From Lingula anatina (Eukaryota; Animalia; Brachiopoda): a stretch of 64,000 nt of DNA. Under the pieces are notes generated by a model, which was not told the DNA's origin, made no database searches, and was given only the letters and a program-made list of their open reading frames with translations. The DNA lies in the NCBI GenBank assembly GCA_051362555.1, contig CM120640.1, positions 16,244,001 to 16,308,000 on the forward strand, in the 5' to 3' direction. This document shows positions 1 to 12,500 of the stretch, in pieces (position 1 is the first letter of the stretch; every line of letters begins with the position of its first letter). Position numbers and translations under genes: made by a program.

Positions 1-221
1 ATTACAACACTCACAAAAGTGAGCTTCAACTTTGTTTTGCCCAGATTTTCATCATTGTATGATATTTTGGATGGTTGCTTATACATATTCAGGAAGGTAA
101 GTGACTTTAAAAAATCTCTTTAAGGTAATTAATAAATAAATAAAAGAAAATTATTGCTAGTAGTAACTCTCTGTAGTATGTATTCCTGAAATAAAAACAT
201 ATTTTTTTCCAATCTTGCCAG

Positions 222-3200
222 GTATTCCATTCAGTTTTACAGCAGATGGCAGCAACCCCCAGTCTCTGATGACCACTGGGATCCTCCTGATGTCTGTGTC
301 CTGGGGAGTGGACACCAATGGACTGCCCCTAGTACCACCCACTAGTAGTAATGTCAACCAAGCGTTCAGGTGAGTGGATATCTAGACTTAGATATATACG
401 GTCAAGGTACCAGGCCCAAATGATTTTTCTGTACAGATTTTTTTATGGAATGATGGATGAGAGAAAATGAAATAGTGAATTTTTTTTTCTTTTTTTTAGT
501 TTAAGTAATGTGTCATATATATATACAATCTAGCAAAGTGATATCAATTTTTTAATGATACGTGAGGGAATCATTTTAATCTGGGGATATTTTCTCTGTT
601 TCAGTGCAATGAAAGGTCTAGATGCTGTGGCAGCTATAGGAGCCTCAGCTATGGTAGACATGGAGAAGCTGTCCAAGTGGATAGCAGAGTCAAGGCTTGA
701 CCCCAATGACCCCAGCAATGCTGACCTAGTCTACATGATGAAGGTAATGATATGGAATGGGTCGACATATCTATTCATGTTTATGAATAGAGTGAGGGCA
801 GTGCACAAATAAACCCTTTTTATTACCTGAAGCTATTTATCCAGGCTATTTATGGTATTTTGCAACCAATATATTAATGTAGATTTATAATAATGCTTAT
901 GAAAACAATCACTGATGACAGCAGTGCATAGATAAACCATTGATAGTATTTTACTTTTTATTATCTAAGCTTTGTATCTAGTCTGTGTAATCACATACTT
1001 TCTAAAGCATTTTAACACACATTATTACGTCTTTCCCAGCCCATGAAAGATGGCACTGGACTGCAGATGCCGTCTTATTTTCGCTTGGAGCACCTTCAAG
1101 AAGAGTTCAACTTCACCACAGATGAAGAACTGGACATGCATCGCAGGTTCCGTCTGATCAGGCTGCGTGAAGAGGAAGTTCCACTGTTCAAAAACAAACA
1201 AATCCCTGCACTGGAAAAAGACATTCCACAGGATGCATTTCTTGTAAGTGGACGAGATATAGATAGACAGATACATTCTAACAATATATTTTGTTGTCAA
1301 AAGGAAAAAGATTAAGAATACTATTGTAGATTATGATTTTGGATTTGTAGGAGTGATGAAATTCCATTGCAATTTACTAATCACAATTACTTTATTTTTT
1401 TACTAGGAATATGAGAAGAAAGAAAAAGAGAAGGAGCAGTTGAGGGAGGACAAAGACATAGAATCTCATAGAGCTGCAGTTGCACAGTTCATGCAGAGGG
1501 TAACATTACACGTTATTCTTATTCACACTATGTAATTTTCAAGACATATAATTCTTTTCAAGTAGACAAAGAAAGGTCTTAATTTGGCTGTGAAATTTAG
1601 AGTTCTATTTTGTCATTCTGCAGGTGAGAGAGCAAGTCCTGCAGAGGTTCAGACTGGCAGCACATCAGAAGTCATTTCATGATGTTGTCTTTGAGGAGGA
1701 GGTGCCAAATATAGGGTAACTATAGAAACTGCCCATTAAAACAATAAGATTTGTAGACCGAATGGATATTTCTGTACATTTGTGCATATGTTAAAATGGC
1801 ATATGCTACATGTTACATTGTTGAACATTTATTTTGTATATTCTTGCATAAAAGTGCTCTGTAGAAGTATACAGAGCTAAGAATAAATAGATAAACTAAT
1901 TAATACAATACAAACAAATTAACGAAATGAATTGCTACTTCAAGAAAATTTTTAATATTTATTTATTTTACCTTAAGGACCCTGGCCATCAACCTCCAGC
2001 AGCTTGGAGAGCCCAGGAGACCACTGAGACCTGTACGTAAAGAGAGGAAGAAGGTGTCTGCCCAGAATGTCTCCGAGGCTGATGTAGTCATCAATGTTCA
2101 GAGAGCCTATGATGTACCCATCAGAACAGATGCTGTGCCGTATGTTATAGACTTATATCTTCTTACATGTAAAGGTTATTTGATCTGCATATATAACATT
2201 GAGACAGGAAACTGAACATTGTAGGCTGTGGTGTAAGCCACTAGTTTGAATTGAAGAAATTCACAGGTAGATTTTCCCACTTGTCTGACTTGGACATTAT
2301 CTTTTTTCTATTATCTATGTAAAATTTTCATCTTCGGATGAGATCATATTGAAGTGCAGTCTGCAGTGTTATGTAATCATCTTTCCTTTTTTATATGTTT
2401 ATCTCATATTATTTATTTATCAAAAAAAATTGTCATTTGTTTGGTACATTGATATTGATGATTTCCTTTACAGAAAGGCCGATGGTCGTGGTCAAAGGGT
2501 AAAAGTCCCTGTCACTCAGGTAGGTTTTTTCATTATATTTATAAACAGGTTGTTATATATATTATAGATGACACTTATAATCACTGTTTTCTCTATTGTA
2601 GACTTTTTTCAGAGAACACGATTCATTTTCTTGAAATTTCAATTGCTTCCTTAGATTATGCTAATGAACTAATAGTTATATTTTTCCGATTTTTCTTTTG
2701 TAGCCCTTTTAGTATAAGTGATTCATGTCTTTGAATTTTTGATTGAAAAAGTATGTTTTTCTGAGACAGACTTTGACATGTCAGTATTTTTTTTTTCTGT
2801 ACAGATATTGGTGCGTCCATTCATAGAAGCAGTATTCCAGGGAATCTCATCCAAGACCCCTGTGGCAGATGGCCCAAATCCAAGCTGGAATTATAACATC
2901 AGACTACCCTTCAGGTAAATTCTTTTATCTTTGAAAAATGTGTGGAAATTATATTTTCTTAAAACCTGTAGCCTTCAAATGAAAGAAAGATAACAGGAAG
3001 GTTAATTCCCTTCAGCAGTGCTTTCAGATTGATACCTAGTTGACGTTCTCTTTATGATATACCACCTCTGTATATAGTGGGGGTAAAGAAACAACTTCTT
3101 ATACTGGCATCCAAAAAAAGCATTTCATATACTTGAAAAACTGCAGAAACATATATTATTATGAGAAACTGACCAGGGAGTTTTTACATTCTCTACTCAG

Positions 3201-5575
3201 GACTGATGTAAAAAAGTTTTTTATGTCATAAAGAAACTGACTTGTAATAGGCATATTTCAATTGAATAATTAAATATGGTAAAGAGTTTTGTCAGGTGTG
3301 CTTTTTACGATAATAGTCTCTGTTAAGGAACAAAATTTATCTCATCCTGCAGATTTTGTCTTGAGAAAATAAGTAGCACTTCTTTCTTCTTTCTAGACCT
3401 GAAAATGGTGATTTTTCTCCGTCCAATTTACAAACCATCAGGGATCATTTGTACCTTAATTTATTTGATGAAGTGGTAACAGACATGGCATCTGTAAGTA
3501 TCCCCCCCCCTTTGGTTATCTACGTGATTCCTAGGTATTTTCTGCATAACAAAGGAGTTATTTATTTATTTTATTAGTGTTTTTTTTATAGTGTTTATTA
3601 TTTATATAGTGTATTGTAATGTATTTTTATGTATTTATGTGATTGTTAAAAGTATAAATATCAAAACAAATTTAATGTAATAGTTAATGTATGTGTATTT
3701 TTGATGAATTTTTATTTTTTTTTAATGAATAAAAGATATGTCCGCAAAATCAGACTAACATCGTCATCTTCACTTTTTTTTTACCCAGAATCAGGCGACA
3801 TCAGGCCAGGAAGTTCACCAGCGCATTGAGAAAAACTGGCTGGGCAGCCTGTACATTCCCTTCTCTACTTTGTACCAGAACTCACTGGTAAGTAGCCTGG
3901 TGGTGAAAGAACTTACTAATGTTTTAAACAGGGATGAGATTTGTTTGACTTTTTGGGACAAAAAATATGATTGGCCTAGGCGTCCCCCTGGACCCCATGC
4001 CATATTTTCTGACTTTTCACTAGATGGCAGTCTCATCTCTGTTTTAAAGTGTGCATGCTTGAGATAAGGCATCTTTGTAATGTGAACTAACAATATGTTG
4101 TGATCGAGCTGCCTCTGCTTAATAATCTTTAGGTAGTATCTGTCTAGAATTTTGCATTAACTATAGTCTGATACAGCAGAATAATTGAGTTTGCAAGTCT
4201 CAAAATATATGTTGAAGTTGACAATGAAAAAATGGCTCCTTTAATGAATTAATAATCATACATGATTTTATATATGATTGTACATATAACAAGCCATGTA
4301 GTTTGGAAGTGAATGCATTTTAATGTCGTGACATATAAAGTAGAAGTTGTTTTTATGCATGGAACTATGCTCACAGTAGTTGTTTGCATGCGTCACTATA
4401 CTATGTTTGCATGTTTCACAGGAACCACACCCTAATAATAAGGTAATGCTAAACACTGGTGAAAGGGTTTGAGTGCTCTGAATGATCTCTTTACACATTT
4501 ACAATTATCTTTTTTTGTTGAAAATTTAATTTCACAATTTTGAGTGTTCTTATTTTCATTAAAGATGTTTTCATCATATAATAATTTTGATTATTTTCTT
4601 TGGCTAACTTTAAATACATTTGTCCAAATATCATGACATTGATTTTTATCATCATAAACAGAAAATATTATTGTTATAATCAGATTATATTTATAGTTAT
4701 TATTTCATACTAGAGCTTTAGTTATCATCTTTACCTTTGACATCTTTGTTCTTTTGGTCTTAATTTTTTTAGCTCTTTCTACTGGAGGATTTGTTTTCTC
4801 GTTGCAAATTAAAGCTATCTCAACATTCAGTAACTTGTTTGCGAACTTTCTACATACCCTCTACTTGTACAATACTGTCCTGGGGTAGCGCTAGCACTCG
4901 CCAATTTAGCCAAATGCTAAAACTGACTTAATTTGGCTAAACAAAAAGGACTTGATTTGGCAAATTTTAGTCAAACTAAAGTTATTTTCATAAGAAATTG
5001 ACAAAAAAGTGATGATTTGGCGAAGCGAAAAAAATTGCTAGCACTACCCCAGACTGTCCCAGTGTTCATTTCTTAGTTTGATTAGTTTGAGAATCAAAAG
5101 ATTAAAAAATTGTTGCTAAATTTACATTAGGTTTGTTTGTATGTATGTATGTATGTATGTATGTAGAAGAAAAGAAATGTGCATCAGCATAATTTATTAA
5201 TTTTTTTCATTCAGTTTAATGACCTAGTACAACTGCTAATTGATAGTGTGGAGAAACCCCACTTCTAGTTACCTGTCTTTTCAAAGTGAAAAATTTAGAC
5301 TACTGAGTATATATAATTCCTTTGCATTTTCACACTAGCTAGCATTCTTACACCATAGTAATCCCCTCAATGTGCACATATTATATGATGTTGTATGTAG
5401 CTATTTTAATCTTCAGCTGCACTGTCATAAACATGTTCATTTTGAAAAGATTTAATATTTTTATGTTTGTTTGTTTTTGAGAAAAATACAACAGTATGAA
5501 TACACAATTTAATCAATGTCTAGTCTAGAAATGGGCTTTAGCAGGGTGTTTCATAATTAAAAACATGAGTTTCAA

Positions 5576-5623
<48 letters not shown>

Positions 5624-8074
5624 AGATTGATGGCACATTCCGCATCAACTCTCCGTCCATACTGTTGGGGTACACTCATGACGGGAGCAGGACCAGCATA
5701 GACCCCACTGGGGCTGGGGGAGTGGAGGTGGGCCGAGGGAACGCAGAGGACACGTATATCTCCCTCTTCATCACCATAGAGCCACAGCTTAGCTCTCCAG
5801 AACACATCAGAGAAAAGGTAGTTTGTGTGTGTGTGTATGTACTTCTGCATGTGTTTTAAGAAGGTAATTAGAAAAAAAATATTCTCAGGATTATTAAAGC
5901 AACAGGAAAGGAAGCCCCCCTCCCCCCAACTCTGCCGTAACTTCTTTCATTTTTTACCTATTCTCTCTGCAGATTACTTTCTGAACATATTCTTAACTGT
6001 TATATTTCTGCATTTTCGGCTGTACTATTCTGTCGTACAATTTCCATTCCTGTCTCAACCTCACACAGAAAGAAGGAGAACCAGACACAGGTAAAGAAGA
6101 TGAAAAAGAAGACAAAACACCAAGTAAAAGAACACCTGTGCCAAGAGGCAGAGGCATTCACAATGTACCCAGAGACCATCCTGCCAGGAAACCAGTTCAT
6201 GCCATTCCTAGAAAAGTTTCTGAGATTGTCAAAGAAGTCTGGCATAGTGTATGGACAGCATTTTCCCCTACTGATGCCTTCAGTTTTTTCAAATATTCCT
6301 CTACTTACCTTTGTTTGATTATGTATTCACATATTTATATATTTATCTTGTTTGTGTTCATTGTTCATTTAAAGGATGCAGCATTTTTTCCAGATACTTT
6401 ACATGTTGTGTTGTTTTATAATAACTTGTACAGTTGATTCAGCTGTTGCTAGTTCAAAACATTTTTGTATTTCAGAGTCTAATAGCAATTTCCAAGTTGA
6501 GTGAATTGGTTATGTAATTAAAAGTGATAATAAATATAAAGTAAAGGAAAGTTGGGTATTTAAAAGTCTATCCTTCATTTGAAATTTTTGAGACGAAAAT
6601 GCCGTCTATTATCGGTGAATTTAATTTTAACAATGTTAATTTTTGGGGTCAAAACAATGTAATGACCATGAAAAATGTTTTGCTTCTGTTCCTTATTTCT
6701 GTCCTCTGCCATTTTAGTTTGACAGCAATGAAGACCCCAAGCTTATCCTAGCGGCTGATGCCTGGATTGAGGCCCTGCAGAAGAAGTTCCCCAAGAGAGA
6801 GTACAAGACCACGGTGATTGACGTGAATGGAAAGTCTGTGTTCATCACAAGGTACTTCAAGTCACTGAAACCTCCTGATGAGATCCTCAACCAGAACACA
6901 GCACCACAGGCTCAGGCAGTAAGTATAACCAGATATGGTAAATAACATAAAGTACTCTGTTTATCATGAAAGATTACCAAATCAAAATATATATACATAT
7001 TAACAAGTTATATTTTCAAAAAGGATATTATAAGAGAAGGAGCATTATTGAGGCCTAGAAAAATACTTTATCAGTGTGTTCTTCATATAATTCTTCTCTT
7101 GATATTCCAGGAACTGGTGGCCAGATACGTGTCCATGATTCCTTTTGTGTCAGATAGTGTGGTCTTCCCAGGGCTATGTGATATTTGGAGCACCTGTGAT
7201 GTAAGTTCCTTTTTTAAAAGTTTATGTATTTATTTCAACTTCAAGATTATCAGCACTTGAAATAAGTTGTGAAAGTAGTAAAATAAAGGTCCTGTTTTTT
7301 TTTTTTGTTTTTTTTTTATCACAACTGCAAACTACGCCTCTGTCCCATTTCCACTCACTGCGCCCTAGTCTTCATAGAACACTTGGGGACTGCTCTATTT
7401 ATTTGATGTATGTCCATTGTGTTGCAGCAATTCCTGCAGATGTTGGCTGGAGATGAGGAGGAACATGCTGTACTTCTGTGCAACTATTTCTTACAACTGG
7501 GGAAACAAGCATGGTTATGTTTAGGTAAGATGATGTCTATAAAGATGTGACAATAATATGAGAATTTTCTGGGATTTGTGCTTAAAATTCTCCTTTGAAA
7601 AAAAGCTTTGTTTTTGTCACTTACTTAAATTATGTCAGTTTATTGTGCTTATATACATGTTTATATACATGTTATAAGAATAGCACAGAAAGTCATTTTC
7701 TGGCATTAGTCCTCAAAACTTATTTTCACTTTTCAATTTAAAATTTTTCTTATTTTTATTTAAATAATTTTTTATCATATAATTTACTTTTTCTATGCCA
7801 TATTTCTGTACTTTCATCCTATTTTCTATGCCATTTTGTGTCCTTTCACATGCTTATTTGACAACATGTGCCTTCTGTGTTAACTTTACTTTCACATTGC
7901 ATTGCCAGGCACTGCAATTCCTGAGGGTGGGACAGCCTATGTACTGACCAAGGAGGCCAACGGCTACTTAATTTGGAATGGGAGCACAGGAGAAAGCTAC
8001 AGCCATACCAACCCATTCTGTCCTCTACAGAGTATAGGCTGTCTGGTTAACCAGGAGAATGTAAGTATACTGTG

Positions 8075-8155
<81 letters not shown>

Positions 8156-9480
8156 ACCTCATGAATACATTTTGTCTGTAAATTTGTTTGTGTACTGTTC
8201 TTTTTATGCTTGTATGCACTATTCCAGACTAGGAAAAGTTTTTTTTCTTATGAAAGAACAAGCTTAAATGGCAAAACCAACTCTCCTCTATCACAATCTG
8301 CAGACATCCAAGAGTCCAGTACGTGATGCTGGCCATTGTATGACAAACATGTCTCACTGTTACCATTAAAAACATATGTAGCCAATGGCAAGGTGAACTT
8401 GTCCACTATCACACCTGTCACACTCAGCCATGCTCGCCTGTCACCGTGACTCACCTGACAAAAACCTATTAGTAGACCTGCTCTCTGCACACACCTGAAG
8501 TAATTAGGAGTATCCTTAAACCATAGGACACCTCAGGTGTCAAATAAGGAGTGGTCATCTGGGGTCACATTAATATAGTCTTTAATCAGCTTCTAATTTA
8601 AGATGTTCTTGACAGTGTGTGTGTGTAGTGGAGGAGGGGGGAGACCAAATTAATGACATAGTATTACTAGTACTTCTTGACAGTAGAGGCAGTAGGAATA
8701 AATAATTTACATTAATCAGCTTCTTTTTTGAGTTGTTCATGACATATGGGGGAGCTGACAACTAGCATACTTTAATCAGTTTCTAATTTAAGAGGTTCTT
8801 GACAGTTAAGGGGCTCAGAATTACTAGTATGCCTTATTCAGGTTCTAATTTAAGAAATTTTGCAAAGGAGGAGGAGATGCACAGAAATGGATAGTTTGCA
8901 CTTCTTTAACCAGTCTAAATCTTAATCTTCAGGAGTAGATGACAAACTTGTCAGAGCTATTTTAGGAAACTCAACCAATCTAAGGGGAGGGGCAAACTTT
9001 TGTAATTAAGCATATATTTGAGGTGAGATGTAGATATTAATTATTATTCCACAGGTTGACCACAGTGCCTTGATCCACCCATCTCCCACCAACTTTTCTA
9101 ACTGCTCCTTCTATCTTAACTTTTATGTACATATCTTAATGTCTGGGGGAAGCTGTAGAGTTCTGGAAGCTTCTTTATATATTTTATGGTTTATTTGATT
9201 TTAAATTATTTATTTTATTATTTATTATTTATTTTTACAATTTAATAAAAATCATTATGTCTTTGGACTCCCAATCACCCTTAATAATTTGAATGAAAGG
9301 AAAAGAATTTTAAAAAGTGAAGGAAATGTTGTGGTTTTGTGATTTATCTTACAGGATAACCACACCAGTTTGTAGTAAAAAATAAATATTGCATATTTGA
9401 GATTTCAGAGATGATCAGTCCATGTGTTCACCTGTGTTAGGAATGAGTATGTGAACAGGAATGTGATGTATGCACCAACT

Positions 9481-9564
<84 letters not shown>

Positions 9565-12500
9565 ACTGAATAGTATTCTTCTAAGATTCTTATAAATTTC
9601 ATTATAGAGGAACACTTGAGAAATATTCATTTTGTTTTTCCAAGAATCGTGTTTTGACCCAAATGCACAAATGCATGCTATAATATCAAACAGGGGGAAA
9701 TATCTTGAAAATATAAGAATATTTATGAAGATGGTTCAACAATATCCTTGTTCCGTTAATATATTTTATTTTATTGTAGTCACTTGTCAAAATTGATCAA
9801 GACTGGAATAAATCTTAATAACATGAGGCTACTGAATTATGATTATGTGAAATTAATGCAATATCCCCATTCCTGTCTTTTATTTTATACACCATGCTCT
9901 ATACAATTTACACAAAAAAAAATCCACTTTTTTTTTCACCAGTTTACAGAATGTGTTGGTGTGTGTACAATAAATCAACTGGGTGTCTTGTTAGAATTTA
10001 GATCTCTTGTGTTAAGTCTTTATTTGGTAATGTAGATTGAATTTTACTCTGTTTTTGCTCTGTGGGCTGTTGAGAAAAAAACATGCAACCCTAAAGGCAT
10101 GTTACAAAGTTCAGTAGGAGGTGGCAGTGTCTTGGTACACTGGGGTCTTAACGTAATATAAGAGGACTTTCCTGTTATTTGGTGCACTAAGCGTTGAAGT
10201 CTAGATCTTTAGTGAAATATTATAGAATACATGGCGTAATCTTTTTAGATAAGGAACTGATTTAAGAGCATTGAAATGTATCTCTCTGGAATATTTGTAT
10301 GATTTCCTCTTACTGTATTATATATTTATTTGTGTTTTATAATCTGTGGAAAATAGTGTCTAACAGGTGTCACGCACTCTTCACAAGAGTTACAAGAGGC
10401 AACAGTCAAGAGGAAAGTATGGTTACCCAATCTAATAATATGTTTCTGATATGCATTTCTTAAGTGTACTTCGAATGTAATTAATTTTTCTATGTGGGAC
10501 TACAATCAGGGAGTGCAAACTCTGTAAGATGAGATCATCTTCCCCCTCAATACACGCAGAGCAGAAATGGAAGATGGTTCCAACTAAAACAGTGGTTGAG
10601 TCTTGAAGTGACAGTGCCTTGGTACATTGGGGCCCTTAAGTAATACGGAAGAGCTATCCTGTCATTTGGTACACAAAACATTTTAATCTAAATCCCAAGT
10701 TCAATATGAGATAATTACTTATGAGATGAAAATTATCAAACTTTCAGATGCATAATTTTATAATCATAAAATTATGTTTCTTTATAGCATTTGTGGTCCT
10801 TTTACTGGATAAAGTAGAAAAATAGAGAACTCTGCTTTCAAATTTTGTGACTATCACTAATAAAATAGTGATGGTTCTAATTATAAGAAATTATGACTTA
10901 AATAATATAGTATCTATAAATTTTCCCCCAATGAAAAGATCGAGTAATTACCGTATGTCATGGAATATATGTCATAATCTTTGTACAAAAAAAAAAAATA
11001 AAATACTTCTGTCTAGAATATTTTTATGATTTTCTCTTTTTGTATTATTCATTTATTCATTCATTCAATCATTTTTTCGTATTTATTCATTTATTTGTGT
11101 CTTATAATCTGTGGAAAATAATGTTTAACAGATGTCAACCTATACAAGAGCTTCACAGTTACAAGAGGCAAAGGTCATTCAGGAAGTTGACATGTGGTTA
11201 ATTCAAAGTATATAAAATGTAACTTAACTGCATTTTGTTCTGAAAAAAGTTCATACACACCTGTTTTATCGGATATAAATAAATTTTTCTAAGTGGGACT
11301 ACAAACAAGGAGTACAAAGTCTGTAAGATGAGAATGACTTCCCCTCAATACAAACAGAACAAAAATGGAAGACAGTTCCAACTAAAACAACCATTAATTT
11401 TGTAACAGTTTGAGTCTTTCCTTGCTGCCATAAATAGTAAATTGATTTAATCAGTAGAAAAATGTTTGATTTAATGATAACTTTCGCTTTTTGTAACAAA
11501 CACAGCGGTTTCCTGTAATTTGATTTTTAAAAAACCTGCCCACTTAAAGTAAACTTTTTTGTATGCCCATGTCACAACATCATAATGACCAATGTCATGG
11601 AGTGTAAATAAATGTAATTTTTTATTTCCAGATCTGGGCTAATGTCCAGCCCAATGACCAGCCTTCCAGGATAGACTATGATGTCCACAACACCTCTAGC
11701 TGGAGACCCTTCTTCAACAACAGCTTTCCTAACCCTGGCCTGGCCTCCATACAAGTGAGTCAGGACAGATAGGGCAATTTAAACTTAATATTATAAACAG
11801 CAGTTATTATTATTATTTTTTTTTTTTAATGTTATAGTTGTATATTAATTTTTTTTTTCAATGTCATTTAACAAATAAGTAAATATACAGTGTTGCTGTC
11901 ATAGTTATTTTTGCAGACAGTTAGCCAAGGCCTCTTTATCTTTGCATGTCCAATTCATTGACTCCATTTGCTTGAAAGAGCTCTATTTTTCTGTCATACT
12001 CATCAAATTAAAGTTTTAGGCTTCAACATTTTCTGAATTGATGGGAAATTTCTTAGATTTCATTTTGGCCATCCAGTAGTTTCCTCATTACTTGCCATGA
12101 TTTTTAAGTATAGTCTTACATTCCCTATTATAAAATGTTCTTCCTTGTTTTTGTTATTTTTTTGAATAATAGAAATTATATTGAACTCTATAGAGAATGA
12201 AAAAAAGAAGTTAAAGATACTGCAAGTAATAAGCTAACTTAAATAATATGATTATTAACTAAACATAACTATTGATAACTAAAATGAATAACTAATGATC
12301 ACCATAGGGGAAACATGCATAAATTTGATACATTGTCATCTTATTACAACATTCAAAAAAGCAATTATCTTTCTCCCTTCAGCCAGAGAACCTGCTGTAT
12401 TTCCCCACAGACAAGAATTACGTGGTGGACCTACAGGACAAGATAGAACGCACAGTACGGCAGAGGTTCATGGAGGATTGGCGACCCCAAAGTATCACCA

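Noticed and set aside
45-96. Possible 52-nt CC2D2A exon using the acceptor at 44
   Set aside because: The only frame compatible with the phase-1 exon at 222 contains TGA, and there is no CC2D2A-like peptide.
8025-9630. ORFs with SLSLSL, HTHTHT and poly-K runs
   Set aside because: They are translations of the (AG)n, (GT)n and poly(T) repeats.
10367-10416. Possible cryptic exon in the intronic duplication (aacag|...|gtatgg)
   Set aside because: It is 50 nt and frame-shifting, the acceptor is weak, and the donor is not kept in the second copy.
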